From Chloroflexota bacterium (lineage in GTDB: Bacteria > Chloroflexota > Dehalococcoidia > GIF9 > JBFMDU01): 64,000 nucleotides of DNA. Both the position numbers and the translations under genes were made by a program. Of this stretch, positions 8,930 through 19,796 are shown piece after piece. The stretch covers positions 85,350-149,349 of the forward strand of contig JBFMDU010000005.1 in NCBI GenBank assembly GCA_040753815.1, given 5' to 3'. The notes beneath the pieces are model-generated. The model saw only the letters and a list, made by a program, of their open reading frames with translations. It searched no databases and had not been told where the DNA came from. Position 1 is the stretch's first letter. Every line of letters begins with the position of its first letter.

Positions 8930-10406
8930 CGACCTCGAAGCTCTGCTTCACGTCCTGCCGCCGCATATCCGCGAACCACTCTCACAGGACCCGCGGGAGC
9001 ACGACCTGATTGAAGTCATCCTCGACCTGGGCCGCCCGCCAGAGGCGCGCTATCCCGACCAGGAAGCCAGCCTCGGCACTCATGAGGTTAGCCAGAACGA
9101 TATTGACTATGTCGTTTCACGCATCGGCAGTTTCGGCGAAGACAACCGTGCCGGCATACCGAGGACACTGCACCGCATCTCGGCCATACGCAACCGCAGC
9201 GGCCAGATAGTCGGCCTTACCTGCCGGGTCGGCCGCGCCGTCCAGGGGACCGTCGACATCATCCGCGACCTGGTCGAGTCCGGCAAAAGCGTCCTCCTCC
9301 TGGGACGGCCCGGCATCGGCAAGACAACCGTCCTGCGTGAGGTCGCCCGGGTCCTGGCCGAAGACCTGAAGAAGCGCGTCATTGTCGTCGATACTTCCAA
9401 CGAGATTGCCGGCGACGGCGACATCCCTCACCCCGCCATCGGCCACGCCCGTCGCATGCAGGTGCGAACGCCGGAGAAACAACATGCAGTGATGATTGAA
9501 GCGGTGGAAAACCACATGCCCCAGGCAATTATCATTGATGAAATCGGCACCGACCTAGAAGCCCAGGCGGCCCGTACCATCGCCGAGCGCGGTGTCCAGC
9601 TTGTCGGGACCGCACACGGCAACACTCTCGATAACCTGATGATGAACCCGACGCTCTCTGACCTCGTCGGCGGTATCCAATCGGTGACGCTCAGCGACGA
9701 GGAAGCCCGGCGGCGAAAAACACAGAAATCGATACTCGAACGCAAGGCGCCGCCGACCTTCGACATCGTCGTTGAAATCCAGGACCGCTGGAAGGTCATC
9801 GTCCATCCCAATGTGAGCGAAGCTATCGATGCCATTCTGCGTGGTCAGGTGCCGCAGGCGGAAACGCGCTGGATGGATGATGAAGGCGTTCACCGGGCCA
9901 CGGTCACCACCAAGCGGGAGGAACCGGTGCGGGTGGAGACAAAAGAGCCGCCGCGGATATATCTTTTCGGCGTCAACCGCGACCGCCTGGAAGACGCCGC
10001 CCGGGAGCGCAACATACCGATTGAGATTGTAAGCGACTTGCATGAGGCAAATATTTTGCTGACGACACGCGGCTTTTACCGGCGAAAACCGCAGAAGATA
10101 CGGGATGCCGAAGCAGCACAGATTCCCATCTATGTTTTGAGAAACAATAACGTGCCGCAGATGCGGCAGTGCCTGGCCAGCCTGTATCCGTCAGCGAAAC
10201 GCGCCTACGGAGTGGAAGATGCCCTGGCCGAAGCGGAGGAAGCGGCACAGCGGGTCAGGAACGGCGAGCCTGCTGTTGAGCTGAGCCCGCAGGCCAGCTA
10301 TATCCGGCGCCTCCAGCACACATTGGCTGATAAGTACGGAATCACATCCCGCAGTGCCGGCAAAGACCCCAACCGGCGCGTCGCCTTTATGACCCGGCAG
10401 CAATAA
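8910..10406 (+). CDS. Ycf45/SpoIIIAA-like AAA ATPase with C-terminal R3H domain
   Basis: GRPGIGKTT Walker A, IIIDEIG Walker B, R3H motif SYIRRLQH. Confidence 0.9.
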   Translation: MQKVVVDDLEALLHVLPPHIREPLSQDPREHDLIEVILDLGRPPEARYPDQEASLGTHEVSQNDIDYVVSRIGSFGEDNRAGIPRTLHRISAIRNRSGQIVGLTCRVGRAVQGTVDIIRDLVESGKSVLLLGRPGIGKTTVLREVARVLAEDLKKRVIVVDTSNEIAGDGDIPHPAIGHARRMQVRTPEKQHAVMIEAVENHMPQAIIIDEIGTDLEAQAARTIAERGVQLVGTAHGNTLDNLMMNPTLSDLVGGIQSVTLSDEEARRRKTQKSILERKAPPTFDIVVEIQDRWKVIVHPNVSEAIDAILRGQVPQAETRWMDDEGVHRATVTTKREEPVRVETKEPPRIYLFGVNRDRLEDAARERNIPIEIVSDLHEANILLTTRGFYRRKPQKIRDAEAAQIPIYVLRNNNVPQMRQCLASLYPSAKRAYGVEDALAEAEEAAQRVRNGEPAVELSPQASYIRRLQHTLADKYGITSRSAGKDPNRRVAFMTRQQ

Positions 10407-10687
10407 CTCAGGTGTGAACAAAATAGTCTTGCCCCCTCGTGTGTTTCATCCCTTTGGAAGAGCTTTACTCACATAGTCTCTATAAGCAGTTTTACCCTTT
10501 TAGCAACTGCCGATTCTGCCCGAAACGTCAATATCACACCAAACTCATAAATAAAGTGAATCGAGCCATATTATATTTGGCACTGAACCTTGATATGATA
10601 TTAGACAGATGGAGCGTCTGCTTATGAAGGGCAAGGATAATGGGTGCAGATTGGCTTAGATATAGACATCCGACGGAGAGAACTTAG

Positions 10688-11545
10688 ATGGTTACCGAAA
10701 TAAGGGAGCACTCAGAGATTAGCAAAGCTGAAAAGCCGGGAGGCACATGTGGGGAATTAGAGACTGATCGTATTTACTGCGGTGATTGCGTTGACTTGAT
10801 GAAGCGGATAGCGCCAAACAGTATTGACTTGGTTGTCACTAGCCCACCATATGACACACTGAGAAATTACAACGGATTCTCATTTACTTTCGAGAAAATA
10901 GCCGCCGAATTGCTTCGAGTGCTAAAGGAACACGGAGTTATTGTCTGGGTGGTTGGTGACAAGATAGATAATGGCAACAAAAGCCTTACCAGTTTTCGGC
11001 AGGCTATTTACTTTCAAGAACACGGCTTCAAAATACATGACATCATGATATATGAGAAAAGGAACACGCCTTTTATGCGTTCTAACGCCTATACAAATTG
11101 CTACGAACTAATGATTGTCCTTTCTAAGAAAGGGCCAAAAATTTTCAACCCTATCATGGTTAAAACGAGACGTAAAGGCTATGAGATGCTCCCTCACAAC
11201 AAACTAGCGGATGGCATCAATAAGAAAATTCTCGGCAAACTTAACGAGACAAAGGTCAGGAACAACATCTGGCAATATGCAGTTGGGTTAGGGGGAAGTA
11301 CAAGAGACAAGGTAGCCTTCGCCCATCCAGCAATCTTTCCCGAGCGACTCGCAGAGGACCACATACTATCCTGGACAAATGAAGGAGATATTGTCCTTGA
11401 CCCAATGTGCGGCAGTGGTACAACTTGCAAAATGGCTATGGTAAACAATCGCCGATACATTGGGATTGATATAAGCGAAGAGTATTGTGAGATTGCCAGA
11501 AAGAGATTGGTCACCGCGACAAAAAGGATGGCGAAACTGCAATGA
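10688..11545 (+). CDS. Beta-class amino DNA methyltransferase (N4-C/N6-A)
   Basis: Motif IV DLVVTSPPY precedes HPAIFP and motif I DPMCGSGTT; AT-rich relative to the flanks. Confidence 0.93.
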   Translation: MVTEIREHSEISKAEKPGGTCGELETDRIYCGDCVDLMKRIAPNSIDLVVTSPPYDTLRNYNGFSFTFEKIAAELLRVLKEHGVIVWVVGDKIDNGNKSLTSFRQAIYFQEHGFKIHDIMIYEKRNTPFMRSNAYTNCYELMIVLSKKGPKIFNPIMVKTRRKGYEMLPHNKLADGINKKILGKLNETKVRNNIWQYAVGLGGSTRDKVAFAHPAIFPERLAEDHILSWTNEGDIVLDPMCGSGTTCKMAMVNNRRYIGIDISEEYCEIARKRLVTATKRMAKLQ

Positions 11546-12456
11546 CGGATAATGAAGACATTGGCTACACAGAGTATCTCAAGAATGGTAGTGGGATAAA
11601 GCGCTACAGAACTACCAAGCTGGTGAGAGCTTGGCAGTTCGGACGCTCTCAGAAAGCCTTAAAAGAACTAGAAGCCGAAATGGGGAATCTTGATTATCCC
11701 GGGCTGTATATCCTGTTTGAAGGCGACCGGAAAGTCTATGTAGGTGAGGCTAAAGCCATTTGCAGGCGTCTCGAAACTCACACAAAGACACCCGAAGACA
11801 AGATAAAGAATTGGAGCACTGTAATTTGCCTTAATGACGGCCGGCCAGCTACACAATCTGATTTCAATGATGAAGTCGTGAGAAAAGCATTGGAACTCTA
11901 CCTTATCAACCTATTCAAGACTAATAGATACACTGTCGTTTCGCAGGGAGAACCGCAAAACCTAAACCCCATGCAGAAACAGTTAGTAAACTCACTAAAA
12001 AATGAGCTTCTGTTCTTTTTCATGAAGGCTACCCTTGTAGACAAGGATGTCGAGAGTAGAGAGGAGCGAGAGGTTTTTTCCGATGAAGTGCAAGCAATCT
12101 TAAAGAAGCGCGGGATAACCATCAACCACTGGAAAGAAAAAGACGCCATAATCGATGGCAAACCTACTTTTGTGCGGCAAGGCAGCAAGAAGGATAAAGG
12201 CTATCAAATCACCATCAGAGGCAGGAAGCCGGGCAGCTTCATTGACTGTTTAAAGTCTCGAAAAGGTAACTTGTTGGTGCGTAGAGATGGTGTCCTATTG
12301 ATCCCGTTAACGAAAATCCGTGATGTAATTAAGGATGATTCAGCCCTAGAGCAAGATACAGTTGATATCTATATCACATTCAAGGATGAAAAGGCATCCC
12401 TAACTTACAAGACCAATATGATTGATGTCACTGAATACAAATTATCAACTGGATGA
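11542..12456 (+). CDS. GIY-YIG nuclease family protein, putative restriction endonuclease
   Basis: PGLYIL...KVYVGEA...RRLETH, downstream ALELYLI (metal-binding Glu); ATGA overlap with the MTase. Confidence 0.75.
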   Translation: MTDNEDIGYTEYLKNGSGIKRYRTTKLVRAWQFGRSQKALKELEAEMGNLDYPGLYILFEGDRKVYVGEAKAICRRLETHTKTPEDKIKNWSTVICLNDGRPATQSDFNDEVVRKALELYLINLFKTNRYTVVSQGEPQNLNPMQKQLVNSLKNELLFFFMKATLVDKDVESREEREVFSDEVQAILKKRGITINHWKEKDAIIDGKPTFVRQGSKKDKGYQITIRGRKPGSFIDCLKSRKGNLLVRRDGVLLIPLTKIRDVIKDDSALEQDTVDIYITFKDEKASLTYKTNMIDVTEYKLSTG

Positions 12457-12535
12457 CTTTTAAGGCAACTTATTGACTTTTTGGGGTAAATAACAACTGT
12501 GAGGCAAAGCCCTTCCGGAAAGGCCGGGGGATAGG

Positions 12536-13156
12536 TTGAAAAGACTCTTCATTACCTTCGAGGGAGGTGAGGGCTGCGGCAAGAGCACCCAGGCCAGGGC
12601 TCTCTATACTCACCTCAAGCGCCAAGGAATCCCTGTCCTGCTGACACAGGAACCCGGAGGGACAGACCTCGGACGGCATATCCGCGACCTGCTCAAGCGG
12701 CAGGTAAGCACCAGCATCTCACCCGAAGCCGAACTCCTGTTGTTCAACGCCTCCCGCGCCCAACTGGTCAGTGAAGTCATTAAGCCGGCCCTCAAAAAGG
12801 GGATGGTCGTCATCTGTGACCGTTTCTACGATTCGACCACCGCCTACCAGGGCTATGGGCGCGGGCTGGATTTGACTGCGGTCAAAGCGGTCAACGATTT
12901 TGGCGCCGGCGGGTTGAAGCCTGACCTCACCATTCTGCTGGATATCCCTCCCGAGCGCGGCCTTGACCGTAAAGGGCGCAGTGTCGAAGACCGGTACGAG
13001 CAGGAAGCAGTACGCTTTCACAAACGCGTCCGTGCCGGCTACCTCAAGCTGGCCAGGATGGAGCCGGAGCGATGGCTGGTCATTGACGGCCGGCTCAAAA
13101 GACGCGAAATCGCCGACCGCATCTGGGAACGCATCGGCCAGATGGTCAAACGCTAA
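12536..13156 (+). CDS. tmk: Thymidylate kinase
   Basis: FITFEGGEGCGKSTQ, TQEPGGT, DRFYDSTTAYQG. Confidence 0.97.
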   Translation: MKRLFITFEGGEGCGKSTQARALYTHLKRQGIPVLLTQEPGGTDLGRHIRDLLKRQVSTSISPEAELLLFNASRAQLVSEVIKPALKKGMVVICDRFYDSTTAYQGYGRGLDLTAVKAVNDFGAGGLKPDLTILLDIPPERGLDRKGRSVEDRYEQEAVRFHKRVRAGYLKLARMEPERWLVIDGRLKRREIADRIWERIGQMVKR

Positions 13157-13194
13157 CTCCCTTCCCTTCGAAGGGAAGGGGGCAAGGGGATAGG

Positions 13195-14256
13195 TTGAGC
13201 TTACGAGTAGTGGCCGCGATGAGCGGCGGCGTTGACTCCTCGGTAGCCGCCGCTCTCCTCAAAAATTCCGGCTACGAGGTCACCGGCATCTACCTGCGCC
13301 TCTGGCCGGGCGGGACGACTGCCCCCGGCAACCGCTGTTGTTCCGACGAAGCGCTTGAGGATGCCCGCCGTGTCTGCCAGGCCATCAGCATTCCATTCTA
13401 CGTTCTCAACTTCGAGGACGAGTTCCGCAACTACGTTGTTGAATATTACACCACCGAGTCCGCTCGGGGACGCACGCCGAACCCCTGCATCGTCTGCAAC
13501 CGGCATCTCAAGTTCGGCTTCTTGATGAGCCACGCCGTCGCTCTGAAAGCCGACTTTCTGGCCACCGGCCACTACGCCCGGATAACTCAGAACGAATCCG
13601 GCTACCATCTCCTCAAAGGCAAACACCACGATAAGGACCAGTCATACGTCCTGTACACTCTTGACCAGACCAGCCTGGCCCGCATCCTGTTCCCACTTGG
13701 AGAAATGACCAAGGCTGAGGTCAGAGAGATTGCACAGGTCAAGAGTCTTCCAGTAAGCGACAAACCGGAAAGCCAGGACCTCTGCTTCCTCTATGCCGAA
13801 TCTGGTTACGTTCCGACGGGGGCCGGCGACACACCCGGTGAAATTGTGGATACCCGGGGCAAGATACTCGGCAAACACCGAGGCATCGCCCATTACACCA
13901 TCGGCCAGAGGCACGGCCTTAACGTCACTGTGGGACACCCCGTCTATGTCATCCGCATTGACGCCGGTGTCAACCGTGTCATTGTTGGCGGAGAGCGCGA
14001 CCTGCTTCACAAGCGACTCATCGCCAGCCAGCTTAGCTGGGTATCAGGCAGGCCGCCTCAAGTCCCTGTTAGCATCACTGCCAAGATACGCTACAAGTCA
14101 CCAGAAGCGCCGGCCACGCTGAAAGTCAACGGTGATACCACTGAGGTCACTTTTAACGAACCACAGCGGGCTATTACCCCCGGCCAAGCGGTGGTCTTCT
14201 ACCAGGGGGAAGAGGTGCTGGGCGGCGGCGCCATCGAGACTGTCACCGAGTCTTGA
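13195..14256 (+). CDS. mnmA: tRNA-specific 2-thiouridylase
   Basis: AMSGGVDSSV, TPNPCIVCN, ATGHYAR, KDQSY, PGQAVVFY. Confidence 0.96.
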   Translation: MSLRVVAAMSGGVDSSVAAALLKNSGYEVTGIYLRLWPGGTTAPGNRCCSDEALEDARRVCQAISIPFYVLNFEDEFRNYVVEYYTTESARGRTPNPCIVCNRHLKFGFLMSHAVALKADFLATGHYARITQNESGYHLLKGKHHDKDQSYVLYTLDQTSLARILFPLGEMTKAEVREIAQVKSLPVSDKPESQDLCFLYAESGYVPTGAGDTPGEIVDTRGKILGKHRGIAHYTIGQRHGLNVTVGHPVYVIRIDAGVNRVIVGGERDLLHKRLIASQLSWVSGRPPQVPVSITAKIRYKSPEAPATLKVNGDTTEVTFNEPQRAITPGQAVVFYQGEEVLGGGAIETVTES

Positions 14257-14274
14257 CACCAGGTGCTAGGATAA

Positions 14275-14913
14275 ATGCCAGCCATGTCGAAACCAATCCC
14301 CAACACCGACTATGAGACGGCCTTCAACTCCCGTGGCTACACCCTCATCGCCGGGGTTGATGAGGCGGGACGCGGCGCACTGGCCGGGCCGGTAGTAGCC
14401 AGCGCCGTTATCCTGCCCGGGAATGCCCCCTATCCATGGCTAGCCGATGTCAGGGACAGCAAGCAGTTAACTCCAAAAAAACGCGAGGAATTGGCTCCAC
14501 TTATTCAGGACGCAGCGATTGCCTGGAGCACCGGCATCGTACCTCCGGAAGTCATCGACATGATCGGCATCGCCGCCGCGACCTTCGATGCCATGCGCCA
14601 GGCAGTAAAACAGCTTTCAAGACGGCCGGAATACGTACTCGTTGACTATTTCACCATCCCGCGCCTCGGCATACCGCAAAAGGGCGTGGTCAATGGCGAT
14701 GACTCCTGCCTGTCAATCGCCTGCGCCTCAATCATCGCCAAGGTAACGCGCGACCGGATAATGTGCGAACTAGACGGGGATTACCCCGGCTATGGTTTCA
14801 CCCGGCACAAGGGCTACGGAACGGCCGGCCATCTTGAATGTCTCCAGAAATTTGGCCCCTGCCGCATCCACAGGACTTCATTCGCCCATGTCCTGGGCGA
14901 TGAGTACGAGTAG
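14275..14913 (+). CDS. rnhB: Ribonuclease HII
   Basis: AGVDEAGRG, DSKQL, SIACASIIAKVTRD, HKGYGT. Confidence 0.96.
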   Translation: MPAMSKPIPNTDYETAFNSRGYTLIAGVDEAGRGALAGPVVASAVILPGNAPYPWLADVRDSKQLTPKKREELAPLIQDAAIAWSTGIVPPEVIDMIGIAAATFDAMRQAVKQLSRRPEYVLVDYFTIPRLGIPQKGVVNGDDSCLSIACASIIAKVTRDRIMCELDGDYPGYGFTRHKGYGTAGHLECLQKFGPCRIHRTSFAHVLGDEYE

Positions 14914-15274
14914 ATTGAAACGACAGGAGCTTGGTGCCGCCGGCGAGAAAGTCGCACGGGACTTCCTCAGGAAAAAAGGCTATAAAATCATCGAGACCAA
15001 CTTCCGGTGCCGCCACGGCGAAATCGACATCATCACCAGGAAGGGCGGCTCGGTCGTTTTCGTCGAAGTCCGCACCAAAAGCAGTGACGCCTTCGGGACT
15101 CCCGAGGAATCGGTGACACGCCAGAAGCGGGAGAGACTCGTCGCCACCGCCCTCACCTACTTGATCAGTCATCCTGGTCTTCCTGAGAATTGGCGCATCG
15201 ATTTGCTGGCAATTGAAACCGACCGTGATGGCAAAACCCAGCGCGTCTCGCTCATCGAAAACGCCGTGAGTTGA
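14900..15274 (+). CDS. yraN: YraN/UPF0102 family protein
   Basis: GAAGEKVARDFL, NFRCRHGEIDII, FVEVRTK. Confidence 0.92.
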   Translation: MSTSRLKRQELGAAGEKVARDFLRKKGYKIIETNFRCRHGEIDIITRKGGSVVFVEVRTKSSDAFGTPEESVTRQKRERLVATALTYLISHPGLPENWRIDLLAIETDRDGKTQRVSLIENAVS

Positions 15275-15361
15275 CTCACATGCTCCACCTATTGCCAGAC
15301 CTGCTAAAATAGCACCAACCGGACGAGCATGCCCGGCGACCGGCCGGGGGGAGGTGAAACC

Positions 15362-15655
15362 ATGCCGCTCTACGTGATGTTGACCAACCTGACTGAAGAA
15401 GGGCGCAAGACCATCAAGGAAAAACCGGAGAGAATTAAAGAGGTGAACAAAGAGGTGGAGGCGATGGGCGTCAAGATTCTCAACCAGTGGGCACTGCTCG
15501 GCCCCTATGACTTCCTCAATATCCTGGACGCGCCGAATAACGAGGCCATCGCCAGAGTAGCCGTTGAGCTAAGCGCCCGCGGTACACTATCCACCCAGAC
15601 CATGCCCGCTATCAGCGTGGATATGCTGATGGCTACGCTGAAGCCTAAAAAGTAA
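15362..15655 (+). CDS. GYD domain protein
   Basis: MPLYVMLTNLTEEG...LLGPYDFL. Confidence 0.88.
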   Translation: MPLYVMLTNLTEEGRKTIKEKPERIKEVNKEVEAMGVKILNQWALLGPYDFLNILDAPNNEAIARVAVELSARGTLSTQTMPAISVDMLMATLKPKK

Positions 15656-15665
15656 GAGGGATACC

Positions 15666-15792
15666 ACCCCACCAGACCTCTCACTTCGTTCGAGGTGGCG
15701 TGTCGAATTCGCATCATTCTGGAAGGCATAAGGCGACGAAGAACCCGGCGGTGTATCGCCCGCCCCACCAGACTCCTCGCTACGCCGGGATG
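15666..15792. repeat. Intergenic REP-like element (family B)
   Basis: CCCCACCAGA(C/T)(C/T)C core present twice here; related cores at about 7305-7326, 60620-60720 and 63411-63452. Confidence 0.45.
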
Positions 15793-15802
15793 GCATGTAA
15801 TA

Positions 15803-17506
15803 CTAAGGCGTGATTATCTGAAACGCCGCCACATCAACCAGCCCCTTATCAGTCAGCTTTAATTCCGGAATGACCGGCAGGGCCAGGAAAGAAAGCAGGG
15901 CGAATGGCGAAGGCGGTAAAGTTCCCAGGCCGGCAGCGGCTTTTTCCACCTGGTTAAACTTCCGCACTACCTGCTTAAGCGGCTCAGGCGAAAGCAAGCC
16001 GGCGACAGGGAGAGGCAGACTGGCCAGCACTTTGCCTTGGGAGCAGACAACAAGGCCGCCTTCCATCCGCTGGATTTCCTTAACCGCCGTAATGATATCG
16101 TCATCCATCACGCCGACCGCCACGATATTATGCGAATCATGGGCGACCGATGAAGCTATCGCGCCATGTTTCAGACCAAAGCCTTTGACCAGCGCCACAC
16201 CAACATTTCCGGTCGCCTTATGCCTTTCCACCACTACCAGCTTCAGCAAATCCTTGAAAGCATCGGGCTGGGCGACGCCGTTATCAATAGCAATCTTGAC
16301 CATCCGCTTCTTGGTCACTATCTGGCCAGGTACCACCTGTATAACAGGGTAATAGTCGCTCCTGGTCCGCAATTGCAGGGCATCTTCAGTCAACCGCTTT
16401 ATTTTCACCGTCCCTGTCAGCTCCACTGCCATAACAGCCGGCATGGGTATGACCAGCGACCCACCATCGGCAACGAGCCGCCCGTAATGAAAGACTTTCT
16501 TTATTTCAAGCCGTTCGAGACTGCCCATGGTAATCAGGTTTGCCATATAGCCGGGAGCCACCGCACCCCGGTCGTGAAGCCGGAAATACTCCGCGGTGTT
16601 GATGGTAGCCAACTGTATCGCCCGCACCGGGTCGAGGCCAAGCTTGATGGCCTTACGTACTACCCCATCAATATCGCCATCGCTCAGTAAATCGGAGCAA
16701 CTGCGGTCATCGACCACAAACATGCACCGCTTATACGTCTTATCGGTCACAAGCGGCAGTAGCTCCTGAAGGTTCTTTTCCGAAGACCCTTCCCGGATCA
16801 TGATATACATTCCTCGGCGTAGTTTCTCGCTGGCCTCAGCCAACTTGGTGCACTCGTGGTCGGAGCGAATTCCGGCAACAATGTAGGCGCTTAGTTCCTT
16901 GCCGGAAACACCCAGGGCGTGGCCGTCAATTACCCGACTGGACATGGCCGTTATCTTCGCCAGGACATCTTCAGAACCCCCGATAACGCCGGGAAAATTC
17001 ATCATTTCCCCCAGGCCAATAACGCGGTGCATCCGCTTCAGCATGGCTATCTGGGACACGCCGATCTCTGCCCCGGATGTCTCGAGATGGGTGGCAGGGA
17101 CACATGAAGGCAGCATGAAGAACATGTCCAGCGGCAGTTCATCCGCCCAGTGGTCGATAAACTTTATACCGCTGATACCGCATACATTGGCTATCTCATG
17201 GAGGTCGGTGACGACAGCAGTCGTCCCGCGCGGCACAACCGCCTCGGCATAGCGCAGGGGATGAAGCATCGAGCTTTCGATATGGGTATGGCCGTTAATC
17301 AATCCGGGCGCAACGTAATCGCCCTTCAAATCAATAATGTTTCGACCCTTCTTATGGTCCCCGACTCCGGCGATCCGGCCCTCACAAACGGCGATATTGG
17401 CGTACTCGATATCACCATTAAAAACGTTAACGATACGTGCATTGGCAAGAAGCAAATCGGGAACTCCATCCCCCCTGCCCACGGCAACCATTTCTGAAAG
17501 TCCCAT
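15803..17506 (-). CDS. ade: Adenine deaminase
   Basis: PGLINGHTHIESS, DLHEIANV, GLGEMMNFPG, SDHEC, HDSHN. Confidence 0.96.
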   Translation of the reverse strand: MGLSEMVAVGRGDGVPDLLLANARIVNVFNGDIEYANIAVCEGRIAGVGDHKKGRNIIDLKGDYVAPGLINGHTHIESSMLHPLRYAEAVVPRGTTAVVTDLHEIANVCGISGIKFIDHWADELPLDMFFMLPSCVPATHLETSGAEIGVSQIAMLKRMHRVIGLGEMMNFPGVIGGSEDVLAKITAMSSRVIDGHALGVSGKELSAYIVAGIRSDHECTKLAEASEKLRRGMYIMIREGSSEKNLQELLPLVTDKTYKRCMFVVDDRSCSDLLSDGDIDGVVRKAIKLGLDPVRAIQLATINTAEYFRLHDRGAVAPGYMANLITMGSLERLEIKKVFHYGRLVADGGSLVIPMPAVMAVELTGTVKIKRLTEDALQLRTRSDYYPVIQVVPGQIVTKKRMVKIAIDNGVAQPDAFKDLLKLVVVERHKATGNVGVALVKGFGLKHGAIASSVAHDSHNIVAVGVMDDDIITAVKEIQRMEGGLVVCSQGKVLASLPLPVAGLLSPEPLKQVVRKFNQVEKAAAGLGTLPPSPFALLSFLALPVIPELKLTDKGLVDVAAFQIITP

Positions 17507-18264
17507 GAGCCTCCTCCTCTATTAGTGTGGCACCTGATACAAGATAGCACAGGTCGCGGTAGTTTGTAAGACCTGCCCCGCCTGCTATGTTGCCTTACCC
17601 CCATGACATCTGGCTGTATTCGCAAGTTAACAAATAATTAATATTTGTGTGATAAAATGAGCACATTGAAAGCTTACCGGAGATAGAACCGGTGACTCAT
17701 TTCTCGTCTGACACCTGGAGGTAACAACTCCCATGCTGAACCATCGGCATATGCGGCAGGTCATAAGCGCCATCAGTATCATTACCCTGTTAACATTAAG
17801 CCTGCTGTTATCGAGTCCGACATCTGCGGCGGCAACCATCAATGTATCCCCCGCCAGCGGTACCGTCGGAACAAGCGTGACGGTAACTGGAACCGTCGAT
17901 GCTAACGGAAACACCTTTGAAATACAGTGGGACGGGGCGGCTATTACCAGCGGATCCGCTCCGTCAGGAAGCACCAACATCACCTCTACCTTCAGCATCC
18001 CGAACACCACGGGAGGCGTGCATACCGTTACCCTGAAAGACACGGCAACACAGGTCACAGCATCAACAACCGTCACGGTCAACCCGGCAATAACAGTAAC
18101 CCCTGCAACCGGCTCGGTGGGCACGATTATCACTGTTAATGGCTCGGGGTTCAACGCCAGCGAGACCGGTGTTACCATCAACTACGACGGAACGCCCACA
18201 AATGCTGTTGTAACCGTCAGCTCTTCAGGGAGCTGGTCCACTACTTTCAACATCCCGGACAGCC

Positions 18265-18374
18265 CATCCAGCCTAACCCACTCTGTCAGCATCACACGCA
18301 CTATTATGCCCAGCAATACGGCACGGCGTGGTCTATGCATCCAGCCTAACCCACTCTGTCAGCATCACACGCAC
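18265..18374. repeat. 37-bp perfect direct repeat flanking a 36-bp unrelated insert
   Basis: CATCCAGCCTAACCCACTCTGTCAGCATCACACGCAC at 18265-18301 and 18338-18374; insert TATTATGCCCAGCAATACGGCACGGCGTGGTCTATG at 18302-18337. Confidence 0.95.
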
Positions 18375-18975
18375 AGCTACCGGCGCCAGCATACCTCCCA
18401 GCCAGAACCTGACCGTCACCCCCAGCTTTACCATTACTCCAACTACCGGAGTTGTCGGCACCAGCATCACCGCCACAGGTAAAGGCTTCGCCGCCAATGA
18501 AACTGGCATCAACGTATCCATCAACGGCGAAAGTGTTAAAACCGGCCTTACCGCAGACACCAACGGAAGCTGGCAAAGCACCTTCGCCTTACCCGATAGC
18601 CCCGGCGGCACATGCAGCATCGGCGTTTATGGTTCGACAACGGGCTCTGGTGCTATAACACCCCACGCTTTCACAGTCGTTCCTCAAGTCACGATGAGTC
18701 CGAGTTCCGGCAGCGCCGGTACCCAGGTTACGGTAACCGGCACCGGCTTCGGAGCCGGGGAGACCGGCATCACCGTAATGTTTGGCAACATCGCTGTAGG
18801 CCAGGGGATTACCGCAAACACGAAAGGAAGATGGACCACCACATTCATCGTACCGATAGGAAGCGGCGGAGGGCAGGTTGTAAACGCCTACGGAAGTATT
18901 ACCAGCGCTTCTCAGGTCGCGGGGTTAAGTTTCAATGTCACAGCGCGCATCGCAGTCAGCCAGAACTCAGGAACG

Positions 18976-19796
18976 GTCGGCGACACGGTAAATGTCACCG
19001 GCCAGAGCTTCGGCGCTAACGAGACTGGCATCAGCATCCTCTACGACGGCTCCCCGGTCGCCAGCAATCTCACCGCCAGCGCCACCGGCGACTGGACCGC
19101 TACCTTTACCATCCCACCAAGCACCACTGGTAATCACCGTATCGGCGCCTCCGGCGCCTTCACCGCCGCCGCTTCAGTGCCCGAGCAGGGATTCTCGGTC
19201 ACCCCCAAGCTCTCCATCACCCCGGCTACCGGCGCCGTCGGCACCCAGATAACCATAACCGGCACCGGCTTCGCCGCCACCAGACCAGTGACCCTCTCTT
19301 ACGATAACCAGCCTGTTACCCCAACCTCCGGTACCACCCAAAGCACGGCTCAGGGCAACATCACCGCTACTTTCAACGCCCCCAAGAGCAAGGGCGGCGT
19401 CCATAAAATCATAGTCAGCGACGGCACCAACCAGCGCGACAGCGACTGGACCATGGAAAGCACCCCACCTCCACTACCTGCCCTCTCCAAACCTTCCAAC
19501 GGCGAACTCATCGGCTGGTTCGGCGATGACCCTGTCACCTTCAAATGGTCCGAGATCCAGGACCCCTCCGGTGTCTCCTATACCCTTCACGTCTCAACCG
19601 ATGCCTCCTTCTCTACCCTGGCTATTAAACAAGAGGGCCTTACCAAACCCGAATTTACCACCAGCCCGCTCCCGCTGGGCGTCTACCACTGGCGCGTCAG
19701 GGCTATCGACGGCGCCGATAATACCTCCGACTGGACGCCGGTCATGTCCGTCCGCGTCGGCATTATGCCCTTGTGGGCCTTCATCGCTATCGCAGC
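18976..19796 (+). repeat. Near-identical 821-bp segment shared with 21276-22096
   Basis: Constant 2300-bp offset at both ends with scattered substitutions only; flanking parts of the paralogs are much more diverged. Confidence 0.9.

Noticed and set aside
17644-17666. CRP/Rex-like box TGTGATAAAATGAGCACA
   Set aside because: Half-site spacing fits neither consensus
18265-18374. Functional CRISPR array
   Set aside because: Only two repeats; the repeat is native coding sequence, is not palindromic, and there is no leader or cas gene in the window. Kept only as a possible off-target integration scar.
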